This document shows positions 1 to 11,675 of a stretch of DNA of 64,000 nt, one piece after another. A program made the translations under genes and the position numbers. Position 1 is the stretch's first letter; the number at the start of each line of letters is the position of its first letter. This DNA is from an uncultured Alphaproteobacteria bacterium (lineage in GTDB: Bacteria > Pseudomonadota > Alphaproteobacteria > HIMB59 > GCA-002718135): positions 109,344-173,343 of the forward strand of contig CACHBB010000001.1 in NCBI GenBank assembly GCA_902577945.1. Direction: 5' to 3'. The notes beneath the pieces were generated by a model that saw nothing but the letters and a program-made list of their open reading frames with translations, was not told the DNA's origin and made no database searches.

Positions 1-1
1 A

Positions 2-559
2 AAAAATGATATTATTTTAGATGTTGGTTCTGGCTCAGGTGATATAGCTAATGAAATATTAAAATATAAATTATCAAACCAATTATATTTATTAGATCTA
101 AATAAAGAAATGTTGGATCAAGGTAAAAAGAGGTTAGAAAAACACAAAAATATTAAATTTATTTTAAACAACGCTGAAAAGTTAAATTTTAAAAAAAATT
201 TTTTTGATAAATATTTAATATCATTTTGTTTAAGAAATATTACTAATTACGAAAAATCAATTAAAGAAGCTTATCGTGTTTTAAAAAGTGGTGGTCAATA
301 TTATTGTTTAGAGTTTAGCACTCCCAAATCACCTCTAATTAGTGATACTTATAAGATTTATAAATCAAAAATTTTACCATTATTAGGTGAAATTATCGCA
401 AACGATATTAACGCTTACAAATATTTAAGTGAAAGTATTGACCTTTTTCCTTCTCAAGAAGAATTATCGCACATATTAACTAATTGTGGTTTTGAATATG
501 TAAAATCTATAAATTTATTTAATGGTATAGTTGCAATTCATTCTGGTTATAAAATATAA
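2..559 (+). CDS. ubiE: Ubiquinone/menaquinone C-methyltransferase (5'-truncated by window edge)
   Basis: Frame open from base 2 (KNDIILDVGSGSGDIA, SAM motif I); FCLRN, LEFS, AYKYLSESI and GIVAIHSGYK motifs. Confidence 0.9.
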   Translation, partial: KNDIILDVGSGSGDIANEILKYKLSNQLYLLDLNKEMLDQGKKRLEKHKNIKFILNNAEKLNFKKNFFDKYLISFCLRNITNYEKSIKEAYRVLKSGGQYYCLEFSTPKSPLISDTYKIYKSKILPLLGEIIANDINAYKYLSESIDLFPSQEELSHILTNCGFEYVKSINLFNGIVAIHSGYKI

Positions 560-1740
560 TGAATAAAATTTTATTTGTTATTACAGGTTCTATTGCTGCT
601 TCAAAATGCAAAGATATTATGGCATCACTTAATTTAAATAAATATCAAATTAGCTGTGTCTTAACTGAAGAAGCCAAAAAATATATTAAGATTAATGAAT
701 TAAAAAAATACTTAGGGAACAGATTATTTACAGATAAATCAGAAAAAAAAAATAAAATGCTACATATTAATCTCTCAAGAAATAATGATTTGATATTAGT
801 CTGTCCTGCAACAGCTAATTCAATAGCAAAGATTGCAAATGGATATGGTGATAATTTAGCATCTAATATATTGCTGGCTGCAAACAAAAAAATAATCTTT
901 GTTCCTGCTATGAATAGTCATATGTGGAGCAACAAAGCTAATCAAAAAAATGTAAAAATTTTAAAAAATAGAGGATTTGAGTTCGTTGGACCAATAATAG
1001 GTAATCTAAAATGTGGTGAATTTGGTTTAGGAAGAATAAGTAGTAGTAAACAAATCTCAAATATAATTAAGCGGAATTTCGAAAATTTAAATATATTTAA
1101 AAATAAAAAATGTCTAGTTACAGCCGGACCAACTATTGAGATGATTGACCCCGTAAGGTATATTTCAAATCAATCATCTGGAAGGCAAGGATATGAGTTA
1201 GCTTACCAACTATCTTTATATGGGGCAAAAGTAACTTTAATTTCAGGGCCAACTAATTTAGACCCACCTCCAAATCTGAATTTTATTAAAATAAAGTCTG
1301 CACAAGAAATGTATAAAAAAATCAAAAGTATTTCAAATATTGATATCGGATTTTTTGCTGCAGCTGTATCTGATTTTAAAAATAAAAAGATCAATAATAA
1401 TAAAATTAAAAAAAATAAATATTTGGATTTAAAGCTAACTAAAAATATTGATATTTTGGAGAAAATAGGAAAAGATAAAAAACAAAGACCAAAGTTTTTA
1501 GTAGGATTTGCCGCTGAAACAGGAAATATATCAAATGCAAAGCAAAAACTAATTAATAAAAATTGTGACATGGTAATTTATAATAAAATAAATAAGGAAA
1601 ATAAAATTTTTGGTTCTGAATATAATAAAATATCAATAGTAACAAAATTTCAAATTAAGAATTTTAAAAAAATGACAAAGTCTAATTGTGCAAAAGAAAT
1701 AATAAATTATATTTATAAAAATAATTTAATTAATGAGTAA
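559..1740 (+). CDS. coaBC: Phosphopantothenoylcysteine decarboxylase/ligase
   Basis: ITGSIAA, PATAN, PAMN, VTAGPTIEMIDPVRYISNQSSG, AAVSDF, VGFAAET. Confidence 0.95.
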   Translation: MNKILFVITGSIAASKCKDIMASLNLNKYQISCVLTEEAKKYIKINELKKYLGNRLFTDKSEKKNKMLHINLSRNNDLILVCPATANSIAKIANGYGDNLASNILLAANKKIIFVPAMNSHMWSNKANQKNVKILKNRGFEFVGPIIGNLKCGEFGLGRISSSKQISNIIKRNFENLNIFKNKKCLVTAGPTIEMIDPVRYISNQSSGRQGYELAYQLSLYGAKVTLISGPTNLDPPPNLNFIKIKSAQEMYKKIKSISNIDIGFFAAAVSDFKNKKINNNKIKKNKYLDLKLTKNIDILEKIGKDKKQRPKFLVGFAAETGNISNAKQKLINKNCDMVIYNKINKENKIFGSEYNKISIVTKFQIKNFKKMTKSNCAKEIINYIYKNNLINE

Positions 1741-2479
1741 TTATTCAGATAAAGAATATGAAATTTTTAGTAGATTATTTATTTTAAAAGAATTTACTGA
1801 AAAAAATTTAAAGAAATTATCAAATGTTAAAATTGGTATAATAGGAATGGGGGGCATAGGATGTCCACTTATTCAATATTTGGTTAGTTCTGGAATTAAA
1901 GACTTAATAATAGCAGATGGAGATATAGTCGAAAAAAGTAACTTAAACAGACAAACTCTATATAATTTAAAAGATGTTGGAAAAAAGAAAGTAGATGTTG
2001 CTAAAAAAAAATTAAATTTAATTAATAATAATTGTGCAATTAACATTATTGATGAAAGAATTAATATAAAAAATATTATTTCATTTTCTGAATGTTCAAT
2101 AATAGTTGATGCAACTGATGACTGGGAAACTTCTAAACTTGTAAATGAATTTTGTGTTAAAAAATCTATTAATTTTTTATATTCGTCTGTTATTAGGCAC
2201 GATTTGCAAATTATTTTATTTAAAAATAAAAAATATAGTCAGCATGTTTGTTTAAACTGTATTTTTCCAAATGAAACTGATATAGATCTTCCTAGATGTG
2301 ACACAGTTGGCATCTCTGGAATATCAGCAGGATTAGCTGGATTGATTTCAGCACAAAAAATAATTAATTTTACTCTTAATTTAAAGGATGAAACAAATAT
2401 AATGACAGTTTTTGACGGAAAAAAATTAGCCATTGATAATATTATTATTAAAAGTAAACATAATTGTCATTTAAATTAA
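1733..2479 (+). CDS. HesA/MoeB/ThiF family adenylyltransferase
   Basis: GMGGIG, DGDIVEKSNLNRQ, DATD, CLNC zinc motif. Confidence 0.85.
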   Translation: MSNYSDKEYEIFSRLFILKEFTEKNLKKLSNVKIGIIGMGGIGCPLIQYLVSSGIKDLIIADGDIVEKSNLNRQTLYNLKDVGKKKVDVAKKKLNLINNNCAINIIDERINIKNIISFSECSIIVDATDDWETSKLVNEFCVKKSINFLYSSVIRHDLQIILFKNKKYSQHVCLNCIFPNETDIDLPRCDTVGISGISAGLAGLISAQKIINFTLNLKDETNIMTVFDGKKLAIDNIIIKSKHNCHLN

Positions 2480-2524
2480 ATTTAAGTTAATTGATAATTA
2501 TTAAAAAAAAGTTTAATCTAAACT

Positions 2525-3031
2525 ATGAAACAAAATTCTTTTACTTATGAGCAGTTAATTGATTGTGCCAAGGGATTGCTCTTTGGAAAAGGTAATGCTC
2601 AACTTCCAATGCCTCCAATGTTAATGTTTGATAGAATTACATCTATAAATGAAACTGGTGGTATTTTTTCAAAAGGTGAAATAATTGCTGAATTAGATAT
2701 TAAGGAGGATCTTTGGTTCTTTGATTGTCATTTTAAAGGTGATCCGGTAATGCCAGGTTGTTTAGGTTTAGATGCTATGTGGCAATTACTTGGTTTTTAT
2801 TTAGGATGGCTTGGCCAACCAGGTAAGGGAAGGGCTCTTGGCGTAGGCGAAGTGAAGTTTACGGGTCAAGTATTACAAAAAGTTGAAAGAGTAACCTATC
2901 ATATATCTCTTAAACGACTCATACTAAGAAAACTTATTCTTGGTGTTGGAGATGGCGTCTTAAAAGCTGATGGTGAAATAATTTACGAAGCTAAAGACAT
3001 GAAGGTTGGTTTATTTTCACAAGAGAAATAA
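2525..3031 (+). CDS. fabA: 3-hydroxydecanoyl-ACP dehydratase/isomerase
   Basis: [36 protein letters not shown]. Confidence 0.97.
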   Translation: MKQNSFTYEQLIDCAKGLLFGKGNAQLPMPPMLMFDRITSINETGGIFSKGEIIAELDIKEDLWFFDCHFKGDPVMPGCLGLDAMWQLLGFYLGWLGQPGKGRALGVGEVKFTGQVLQKVERVTYHISLKRLILRKLILGVGDGVLKADGEIIYEAKDMKVGLFSQEK

Positions 3032-3034
3032 TAA

Positions 3035-4252
3035 ATGAATAGAGTTGTAGTTACTGGTTTAGGTATTGTATCATGTATTGGTAATAATCAATCAGATGTC
3101 ATAGATAGCCTTAAAAATTTAAAACCTGGTATTACAAGTGCAGAAGAGTATGAAGAGTTTTCTTTTAGAAGTCTTGTGCACGGTAAACCAAATATAGATA
3201 TTAGTAACAAAATAGATAGAAGATTATTAAGGTTTATGGGTGACGGAGCAGCCTATAACTATATTGCGATGAAAGATGCAATAGAAGACTCAGGGCTAGA
3301 GGATAGTTATATTTCAAATGAAATGACTGGTATAATTGTTGGTTCAGGCGGTCCATCTACACAAAATTTATTTAAGTCTTCTGAAATTGGGAAGAGCTCA
3401 GGTTCAAAAAAAATTGGACCATTTATGGTACCTAGAGCAATGTCTAGCACAAATTCAGCAACTCTTGCGACACCTTTTAAAATTAAAGGAGTTAACTATT
3501 CAATTACCTCAGCATGTTCTACAAGTTCACATTGTATTGGTAATGCGTACGAACTAATTCAGATGGGAAAACAAAATATTGTGTTTGCTGGTGGAGGTGA
3601 AGAACTCCATTGGACTTTATCAATTTTATTTGATGCTATGGGTGCTTTGTCATCAAAATATAATTCTACTCCTGATAAATCTTCAAGGGCATATGATGCA
3701 GATAGAGATGGTTTTGTAATTGCTGGTGGAGGTGGAACTTTAGTACTTGAAGAATTAGAGCATGCAAAAGCTAGAGGTGCTAAAATATATGGCGAAATAA
3801 CAGGATATGGAGCAACCTCAGATGGATATGATATGGTACAGCCCTCTGGAGAAGGAGCAGAAAGATGTATGAAACAAGCATTAAAAAATATTGATGGTAA
3901 AATTGATTATATAAATACACATGGAACAAGTACTCCAATAGGAGATGTAAAAGAATTGGAAGCAATCAAAAATGTTTTTGGTTCAAATATTCCTAAAATG
4001 AGCTCAACAAAATCTTTGACTGGTCATTCTTTAGGGGCAACTGGTGTGCATGAAGCAATTTATAGTTTGTTGATGATGAAAAATAATTTTATTAGTGGTT
4101 CTGCTAATATTGATAAACTCGATAATAATGCCAAGGATTGTAATATACTTCTAAAAACAGAAAATGATGTTGAAATTGAGCATGTTATGTCGAATAGTTT
4201 TGGTTTTGGTGGTACAAATGCAACATTAGTATTTTCAAAATATCATGCTTAA
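3035..4252 (+). CDS. fabB: 3-oxoacyl-ACP synthase I
   Basis: [34 protein letters not shown]; follows fabA. Confidence 0.95.
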   Translation: MNRVVVTGLGIVSCIGNNQSDVIDSLKNLKPGITSAEEYEEFSFRSLVHGKPNIDISNKIDRRLLRFMGDGAAYNYIAMKDAIEDSGLEDSYISNEMTGIIVGSGGPSTQNLFKSSEIGKSSGSKKIGPFMVPRAMSSTNSATLATPFKIKGVNYSITSACSTSSHCIGNAYELIQMGKQNIVFAGGGEELHWTLSILFDAMGALSSKYNSTPDKSSRAYDADRDGFVIAGGGGTLVLEELEHAKARGAKIYGEITGYGATSDGYDMVQPSGEGAERCMKQALKNIDGKIDYINTHGTSTPIGDVKELEAIKNVFGSNIPKMSSTKSLTGHSLGATGVHEAIYSLLMMKNNFISGSANIDKLDNNAKDCNILLKTENDVEIEHVMSNSFGFGGTNATLVFSKYHA

Positions 4253-5018
4253 AAATAAAAGAGGGATAGTATTTGGTATTGCAAATAATCATTCAATTGC
4301 ATGGGGAATTGCAAAACAACTAGCAGAAAATGGTGCTGAAATAGCCATTGGTTATCAAAACGAAATATTATTGAAGAGAGTGAAACCACTTTCTGAAGAA
4401 ATTAATTCAAAAATATTAATAGAATGTGATTTTAATAATAATGACTCAATTAACAAATCTGTAGAAATTATAAAAAAAGAATGGGGTACAATTGATTTTA
4501 TAATTCATGCTGTTGCATTTGCAGATAAATCAGAGTTAAATGGTAGATATGTTGATACTACGAAGGATAATTTTATTAATTGTTTAGAAATATCATGTTT
4601 TTCATTAACTAGTCTTGCTAGAAGTTTTGAATCTATAATGAATGATGGAGGAAGTATTCTCACCCTTACTTTTTATGGATCGAATAAAGTCATACCAAAT
4701 TACAATTTAATGGGAATTGCAAAAGCTGCTTTAGAAACAAGTGTAAAATATTTGAGTGTGGATTTAGGCACAAAGAATATTCGCGTTAATGCAATATCAG
4801 CAGGACCTATGAGAACAATTGCTGGTGCAGCAATAAATAATGCTAGAGAAGTGTTTAAATTTACAGAGGAACATTCAGCATTAAAACGAAATGCACAATT
4901 AGATGAAATTGGTAAATCTGCTTTATACTTTGTTAGTGATTTATCTTCTGCAGTTACTGGTGAAGTACATTATGTTGACTGTGGTTACAATATTATTGGA
5001 ATGCCTAATAAGTTCTAA
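4245..5018 (+). CDS. fabI: Enoyl-ACP reductase
   Basis: [34 protein letters not shown]. Confidence 0.95.
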   Translation: MLKNKRGIVFGIANNHSIAWGIAKQLAENGAEIAIGYQNEILLKRVKPLSEEINSKILIECDFNNNDSINKSVEIIKKEWGTIDFIIHAVAFADKSELNGRYVDTTKDNFINCLEISCFSLTSLARSFESIMNDGGSILTLTFYGSNKVIPNYNLMGIAKAALETSVKYLSVDLGTKNIRVNAISAGPMRTIAGAAINNAREVFKFTEEHSALKRNAQLDEIGKSALYFVSDLSSAVTGEVHYVDCGYNIIGMPNKF

Positions 5019-5770
5019 AATTTTCCCAATAAACCTATGGGATTATCAACAAAAATACTATCTACGCCTATGGAAAAAATATCATTTGCACTGGATAAAT
5101 TTATATTTTTATCTGAATAAACGGTAATTGAAATATTAGATTTTTTAATTTTTTTTAAAATATCAGCTGTAACAAGATTTATATTTAATCCACAAATTTT
5201 TAAGTCATTATTTGTTGATATGTTAATTAAATCATCAATATTATATTGTTTAAAATCATCTAATAAAAAACTACGCATAGATTGGGGGTAAAGTTTTGAA
5301 ATTTCTAGAATAGAAATCATATCAAATGATGAGAAAAAAATATCAATTTGATTAATATTTTTTGTAAGTTTATAAATCTGATAAGTATTTTCTTTTTCAA
5401 AATTTTTATTAGGTTTTAATTCAATATTTAAATTACCATTATTATTAGTACACAGACTTAAAACATCTTCTAACTTTGGAATAAATATATTTGTGTTTTT
5501 TTTATAAAAAAATTTTCCCGCATCAAGTTTTTTTATGTTCTCATAATCATAATCACTTGCAAGTCCACTTCCATTAGTAGTTCTATCTAAAGTGTCGTCA
5601 TGTAATAAAATTGGGACTTTATCTTTGGAAATCTTAACATCTATCTCTACGAAATTTAAACCTATTTCAAATGCGCTAGCAATTGATTCTAAAGTGTTTT
5701 CTGGACACAGGTCTTTTACACCTCTGTGCCCAATAAATTTAGGTAATTTAAGCGTTTTCTTCTGCGTCAA
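5015..5770 (-). CDS. Glycerophosphodiester phosphodiesterase (GDPD family)
   Basis: [29 protein letters not shown]. Confidence 0.9.
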   Translation of the reverse strand: MTQKKTLKLPKFIGHRGVKDLCPENTLESIASAFEIGLNFVEIDVKISKDKVPILLHDDTLDRTTNGSGLASDYDYENIKKLDAGKFFYKKNTNIFIPKLEDVLSLCTNNNGNLNIELKPNKNFEKENTYQIYKLTKNINQIDIFFSSFDMISILEISKLYPQSMRSFLLDDFKQYNIDDLINISTNNDLKICGLNINLVTADILKKIKKSNISITVYSDKNINLSSANDIFSIGVDSIFVDNPIGLLGKF

Positions 5771-7841
5771 CTGCTTTCATAGAAAGTTTTATTTTTCCTC
5801 TTGAATCGATATCCAGTACTTTTACTTTAACTATATCTCCTTCGCTAATAACATCTTCAACTTTCTCTACTCTTTCATTTTTTAATTGACTAATATGAAC
5901 TAGCCCATCTGTAGATCCCATGAAATTAACAAAAGCACCGAAGTCCATTATCTTTATAACTTTACCATCATAAATTTTTCCAATCTCTGGCTCTTCGACA
6001 ATACCTTTAATCCATTCTAATGCATCATTTCCAGATTTTTGATCCACAGCTGCAATACTAACTAAACCTTCATCATTAATTTCAATTTTAGCTCCCGTTG
6101 TTTCAGATATTTCTCTAATAACTGCTCCTCCTTTACCAATAACTTCTCTAATTTTATCTTTGTTTATTTGAAGATTAGTTATTGTTGGTGCGTATTGGGA
6201 AATTGATTGGTTAGGTTTATCAATTGCTTTAGCCATTTCACCAAGTATGTGGAATCGTCCATCTTTAGCTTGCGCTAATGCCTCTTCCATAATCTCAGCT
6301 GTAATACTAGTTATTTTAATATCCATTTGTAATGAAGTTATTCCTTCAGAAGTTCCAGCAACTTTAAAATCCATATCGCCAAGATGATCTTCATCACCAA
6401 GTATGTCTGATAATATTACATATTTATCATTCTCTTTAATTAAACCCATCGCGATACCTGCTACTGGTCTTTCTAAAGGCACTCCTGCGTCCATTAAAGA
6501 CATAGAGGTACCACAAACAGTTGCCATAGAGCTAGAGCCATTAGATTCTGTAATTTCAGATACAACTCTATAAGTGTAAGGAAACTTTTCTTTAGAAGGT
6601 AACATTGGATGAATAGCTCTCCAGGCTAATTTTCCATGTCCTATCTCTCTTCTACTGGTAGAACCTATTCTTCCAACTTCTCCAACAGAGTAAGGTGGAA
6701 AATTATAATGCAACATAAAATTCTCTGTATATTCACCATCAATTGCATCTATTCTTTGCTCGTCTTGTCCAGTTCCTAAAGTTGAGACCACAAGAGCTTG
6801 TGTTTCTCCTCTTGTAAATAATGCAGACCCATGAGTTCTTTCTAAAACTCCAGTTTCACACACAATTGGACGAACTGTTTTTGTATCTCTTCCATCAATT
6901 CTATTACCGGTATTAATTAATTCTCCTCTAACTATATCTTTTTCTACATTTTTTATTGCATCTGAAACTAATACTGGTGAGAGTGTTTCACTTACAAATT
7001 TTTCAGAAATTTCGTTTCTTAGTGAAGATAATTTTTCTGATCTTTTTTGTTTTTCAGTTATTTTGTATGCATCTATAAACTCTTTGCCAAAGTCTTGGCT
7101 GATCTTAGATGGTAGACTTTTAATTTCTTCATCTTTTTCTTTAAGATCCCAAGGTTCTTTTGCAGCTTTTTTAGCTAAGGAAATTATTGCTTCGATCACT
7201 GTTTTATAATTTTCTTGACCGAGAACTACTGCATCTAGCATTTGTTTTTCTGAAAGTTCGTGAGCTTCAGACTCAATCATTAGCACACCTTCCTTTGTCC
7301 CTGCCAATACTAATTCTAGTTTAGAATTTGATAATTGACTCTTACTCGGGTTAACAATAAACTCATCATCTATAAAACCGATCTTAATTGCTCCGAGTGG
7401 GCCTAAAAATGGCAAACCAGATAAAGTTAATGCTGCACTTGCAGCTATCATCGCTACAACATCTGAGTCATTTTCTTGATCATGTGATAATACAGTACAA
7501 GTAACCTGAGTCTCATTTTTAAAATCTTTATGAAATAAAGGTCTAACTGGTCTGTCAATTAAACGAGAAACCAATGTTTCTTTTTCAGTTGGTCTTGCTT
7601 CTCTCTTAAAAAATCCGCCTGGAATTTTTCCTACTGAATAATATTTTTCTTGATAGTTTACAGTCAAAGGAAAAAAATCCATATCTGGATTTGCTTCTTT
7701 GGCAGCTACTACATTAGCCATAACAGTTGTTCCACCATATGTAGCTATAACTGTTGAGTCTGCCTGTCTTGCTATTTTTCCTGTTTCTAATTTAAGTTTT
7801 CTACCTGCCCATTCTATTTCAATATTTTTAACATCAAACAT
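5748..7841 (-). CDS. pnp: Polyribonucleotide nucleotidyltransferase
   Basis: [32 protein letters not shown] and S1 domains. Confidence 0.98.
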   Translation of the reverse strand: MFDVKNIEIEWAGRKLKLETGKIARQADSTVIATYGGTTVMANVVAAKEANPDMDFFPLTVNYQEKYYSVGKIPGGFFKREARPTEKETLVSRLIDRPVRPLFHKDFKNETQVTCTVLSHDQENDSDVVAMIAASAALTLSGLPFLGPLGAIKIGFIDDEFIVNPSKSQLSNSKLELVLAGTKEGVLMIESEAHELSEKQMLDAVVLGQENYKTVIEAIISLAKKAAKEPWDLKEKDEEIKSLPSKISQDFGKEFIDAYKITEKQKRSEKLSSLRNEISEKFVSETLSPVLVSDAIKNVEKDIVRGELINTGNRIDGRDTKTVRPIVCETGVLERTHGSALFTRGETQALVVSTLGTGQDEQRIDAIDGEYTENFMLHYNFPPYSVGEVGRIGSTSRREIGHGKLAWRAIHPMLPSKEKFPYTYRVVSEITESNGSSSMATVCGTSMSLMDAGVPLERPVAGIAMGLIKENDKYVILSDILGDEDHLGDMDFKVAGTSEGITSLQMDIKITSITAEIMEEALAQAKDGRFHILGEMAKAIDKPNQSISQYAPTITNLQINKDKIREVIGKGGAVIREISETTGAKIEINDEGLVSIAAVDQKSGNDALEWIKGIVEEPEIGKIYDGKVIKIMDFGAFVNFMGSTDGLVHISQLKNERVEKVEDVISEGDIVKVKVLDIDSRGKIKLSMKAVDAEENA

Positions 7842-7862
7842 ATTTTATTTTTTTCCTCTTTA

Positions 7863-8135
7863 CTAACCTCTGATATTTAATTTTTTAATAAGTTCTTCAT
7901 AATCAGATTTATTTTTTTTTGATAAATAATTAAGTAATTTTTTTCTTTTATTAACGAGAGCAACCAAACCTCTTTTAGAATGATTATCCTTAGTGTGAGT
8001 TTTAAAATGTTCTGTTAAACTTTTTATTCTCTCACTTAATACAGCAATTTGGATGCTGGTGGATCCAGTATCATTTGCATTTTTTGAAAATTCACTAATT
8101 AATTTTTTTTTGTTTTCTTTTGATATCGACATCAT
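7863..8135 (-). CDS. rpsO: 30S ribosomal protein S15
   Basis: DTGS..QIA, HFKTHTKDNHSKRGL; upstream of pnp; AGGAG RBS. Confidence 0.97.
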   Translation of the reverse strand: MMSISKENKKKLISEFSKNANDTGSTSIQIAVLSERIKSLTEHFKTHTKDNHSKRGLVALVNKRKKLLNYLSKKNKSDYEELIKKLNIRG

Positions 8136-8140
8136 TTCTC

Positions 8141-9046
8141 CTAAATTAATACTTTTTTTGGTTTGAACAAATTACGATTTAATTTGCCAATGGAAACAAT
8201 GTCCCCATTATGTGATAAAAAAAAATCTTTTTCTTCAGTTGTAATTAAAGAAATATTTTCTAGCTTTTTTTCATCGATTTTAATTGTTTTACCCATTGAG
8301 ATATCTTTAAGATCATTCTCATCAACAATTTCATAAGCCAAGATGTCGTCCAGCATAGAAACTGATGGTCTTACACAATTAATATCTGCAAGTCTTTTGC
8401 CTATTTTTAGAAGATCGTCCAGAAAAATCGAACTTTCTTTTGTAAATCTTCCAACCTTTAATCTTTCCAATGAAGAAATATGCCCAAAAGTACCTAAATC
8501 TCTAGCAAAATCTCTGGCTAGACTTCTAATATAAAACCCCTTACCACACTCAATTTCAAAAATTGAACTATCTTGATTATGTTTTATTAATTTTAAATTT
8601 TTAATATAAACATTTTTTGAATTAATCTCAAATTTCTTATTTTCTCTTGCAAGTTTGTAGGCTCTTTTGCCATTAATCTTAACAGCAGATACAGTTGGTG
8701 GTACTTGAGAAATAATTCCACTATAATTCTTTAAATTTGAAAGTATTTTATTTTGACTAGGAAAATTATCAGAGGTATGCAGTATGCTTCCACTTATATC
8801 ATCAGTTGAAGTTTGTGAGCCCCAAGTAATAGTAAATTTATATTTTTTTAGGTTCATTGCCACAAAAGGTATTAGTTTGGTTGTCTTTCCTAATGCCACA
8901 GGTAAAATCCCTTCTGCTAAAGGATCTAAAGTGCCGGCATGACCAATTTTTTCTATTGAAAAATTTTTTTTAATTTTTTTTATTGCTTGAAAAGAGGATA
9001 AGTTTTTTGGTTTATATAAATTAATCCAACCTTGATTATTATTCAT
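8141..9046 (-). CDS. truB: tRNA pseudouridine(55) synthase
   Basis: GHAGTLDPLAEG, SAVKINGKRAY, CGKGFYIRSL. Confidence 0.96.
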   Translation of the reverse strand: MNNNQGWINLYKPKNLSSFQAIKKIKKNFSIEKIGHAGTLDPLAEGILPVALGKTTKLIPFVAMNLKKYKFTITWGSQTSTDDISGSILHTSDNFPSQNKILSNLKNYSGIISQVPPTVSAVKINGKRAYKLARENKKFEINSKNVYIKNLKLIKHNQDSSIFEIECGKGFYIRSLARDFARDLGTFGHISSLERLKVGRFTKESSIFLDDLLKIGKRLADINCVRPSVSMLDDILAYEIVDENDLKDISMGKTIKIDEKKLENISLITTEEKDFFLSHNGDIVSIGKLNRNLFKPKKVLI

Positions 9047-9410
9047 TTTTTGTATCTCTTATTACATTTTTATTGGATAGCAATTTTTCAATTTTCTCAG
9101 CTTCATCAAATGTATCATCTAAATAAAAGGATAATCTTGGAGTAAATTTAGATTGTATCTTAGCTTTGGATAAAAATTTTTGAAAAATATATTTGTTTTC
9201 ATTAAGATTTTGTAAAATATTATTTTTATTTTTGCCTCCCAAAGGCATGAAATAGACATTAGCAATTTTTAAATCTTTTGACATTCTTACGAAAGAAACT
9301 GTTATGGAAGTTGGGTCAAAATTATCTATGTAGAAATCTTCTTTAAGCAAACAATCACTTATTATTGATCTAATTAACTCACCGAATCTAATCTGTCTTT
9401 GTGTATCCAT
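9039..9410 (-). CDS. rbfA: Ribosome-binding factor A
   Basis: MSKDLKIANVY, TPRLSFYLD; between infB and truB. Confidence 0.92.
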   Translation of the reverse strand: MDTQRQIRFGELIRSIISDCLLKEDFYIDNFDPTSITVSFVRMSKDLKIANVYFMPLGGKNKNNILQNLNENKYIFQKFLSKAKIQSKFTPRLSFYLDDTFDEAEKIEKLLSNKNVIRDTKNE

Positions 9411-9425
9411 TCTATAAAAATAGAT

Positions 9426-11666
9426 TTATAATTTTCTACTTGTTGAAACTTCCTCAAATGTTTCAATTATATCTCCAGCTTTGATGTCACTGTAATTATC
9501 TATCATAACACCACATTCAAAACCTGTTTTAACTTCAGAAACTTCCTCTTTAAATCTTTTTAAACTACTAATGCTTCCTTTATGAATAACAATGTTGTCT
9601 CTAAGAATTCTAATCTGTGACTTTCTAGAAATATAACCATCTTTTACCATACACCCAGCAATATTGCCAATTTTAGAAATATTAAATACTTCTCTTATTT
9701 CTACATTACCTGTTATTTTTTCTGATATGTCTGGTTTTAATAAGCCAGAAAGTAAATTTTTAACATCATCAATTAATTCATAAATTATAGAGTAGTATTT
9801 TATATCAACCCCATCTCTTTTCGCTATATCTCTTGCATGAGGTAGTGCTCTAACATTGAATCCAACTATAAAACCTTTTCCAGAACCAGCCAGAGTTACA
9901 TCACTCTCAGTAATTGCACCTACGCCTTTATAGATTACATTTACCTTAACTTCATCAGTTGAAAGTTTAATTATTGAATTTTCAATTGCTTCTGCTGAAC
10001 CCTGAACATCAGTTTTAATCACTACTGGAAGGCTTGTTGCTTCACCTTTATTGATTTGAGCAAACATCTCTTCAACATTTGATTTGGCAACTGTATTTCT
10101 TTGGATTTGTAGTTTGCTTGATCTAAATTCTGCAATTTTACGTGCAATTCCTTCACTTTCAACCACAATAAAATCATCACCTGCTAATGGATTAGAGTCA
10201 AATCCTAGAACTTCAACTGGTACTGATGGTTCAGCTTGCTTTATATTTTTACCCTTATCATCAATTAGAGCTTTAACTTTTCCCCATTCAGAACCAGATA
10301 CAAAAATATCACTAACTTTTAATGTTCCTTTTTGTACTAAAACTGTTGCAACTGAGCCTCTACCTTTTTCAAGTTTTGATTCAATTACTGATCCTCGTGC
10401 TTTTCTATCAGGGTTAGCTTTGAGATTAAGTAGATCTGCTTGTAAATGAATTGCTTCTTCTAATTTATCTAAATTGGTTCCTTTTGTTGCAGATACTTCT
10501 ATGTCTAGAACTTCACCACTTAGTTTTTCAACAATTACCTCATGATTAAGTAATTCATTTCTAACTTTATCAGGATCGGCTCCTGGAAGATCAATTTTGT
10601 TAATAGCAACTATTATTGGTACCTCAGCAGATTTCGCATGAGCAATTGATTCAATTGTCTGAGGTTTAATTCCGTCATCAGCTGCAACAACAAGTATAAC
10701 TATATCAGTTGTTTTAGATCCTCTAGCTCTCATATTAGAAAATGCAGCATGACCTGGTGTATCTATAAATGTAATTTTTTTATCATTACTATTAATTTGA
10801 TAAGCACCAATATGCTGTGTAATTCCACCAGCTTCACCAGAAACTACATTACTTTCTCTAAAAGCATCAAGTAGAGAAGTTTTGCCATGATCAACATGAC
10901 CCATGATTGTGACTACAGGAGCTCTTTTAATAAGACTATCTTCATGATCTTCAAAATCTTTAATATCATTTAATACATCATCATCTTTGACAACGGTTAC
11001 TTTATGTCCTAATTCTTCTGCAACTAATTGAGCTGTATCTGACTCCAAAGACTGCGTGGCATTTGCCATAACTCCCATTTTCATTAAAGCTTTCACTACA
11101 TCTGCTGTTTTTTCTGCCATTCTGTTTGCTAAGTCTTGGACAGTAATAAAATCAGGAATAGAAATTTCTCTAGAAATTTTACTTTCATCTTCTTCATTTG
11201 CCGATTTTAATCTTTCTTTTTCTCTAGCTCTTTTTATTTTAGCTAAGCTTGGAAATTTATCGAATTCTTGCTCTTCTTGTTCTAGTATTTTTTTTGCATC
11301 AGACTTGCTAAAATCATCTTCGAGTGGTCTAAGAGTTGATTTTTTTTGTTGAGTTTTTTTATCTACATTTTTTTTGTTTTTATTTTCAAAATTTCTGGTT
11401 TTGTTAGGAGAGGAAAAGTTTGGTTGTGGTGATGAATTTATACCTGGTCTAGGCGTTCTTAAACTAGATGATCCTCTAAAATTTGATTGAGCAGTTGAGG
11501 AACTTTTCTGTTGATTATTTTTATTTTTGAAAACAATTTGAATTGTTTTTTTATTGCCACTTGCACGTGGTTTGTCACCAGCAGGACCTAAATTTTTTCT
11601 TATTTGTAGCCTGCCTGTTGATGATAACTTAAGAGGTTTTTTTTTATTTCCTTTATTTTTATCCAA
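9426..11666 (-). CDS. infB: Translation initiation factor IF-2 (TTG start)
   Basis: GHVDHGKTS, GGITQHIGAY, DTPGH, NKID. Confidence 0.98.
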   Translation of the reverse strand: MDKNKGNKKKPLKLSSTGRLQIRKNLGPAGDKPRASGNKKTIQIVFKNKNNQQKSSSTAQSNFRGSSSLRTPRPGINSSPQPNFSSPNKTRNFENKNKKNVDKKTQQKKSTLRPLEDDFSKSDAKKILEQEEQEFDKFPSLAKIKRAREKERLKSANEEDESKISREISIPDFITVQDLANRMAEKTADVVKALMKMGVMANATQSLESDTAQLVAEELGHKVTVVKDDDVLNDIKDFEDHEDSLIKRAPVVTIMGHVDHGKTSLLDAFRESNVVSGEAGGITQHIGAYQINSNDKKITFIDTPGHAAFSNMRARGSKTTDIVILVVAADDGIKPQTIESIAHAKSAEVPIIVAINKIDLPGADPDKVRNELLNHEVIVEKLSGEVLDIEVSATKGTNLDKLEEAIHLQADLLNLKANPDRKARGSVIESKLEKGRGSVATVLVQKGTLKVSDIFVSGSEWGKVKALIDDKGKNIKQAEPSVPVEVLGFDSNPLAGDDFIVVESEGIARKIAEFRSSKLQIQRNTVAKSNVEEMFAQINKGEATSLPVVIKTDVQGSAEAIENSIIKLSTDEVKVNVIYKGVGAITESDVTLAGSGKGFIVGFNVRALPHARDIAKRDGVDIKYYSIIYELIDDVKNLLSGLLKPDISEKITGNVEIREVFNISKIGNIAGCMVKDGYISRKSQIRILRDNIVIHKGSISSLKRFKEEVSEVKTGFECGVMIDNYSDIKAGDIIETFEEVSTSRKL

Positions 11667-11675
11667 TTTAATTCC

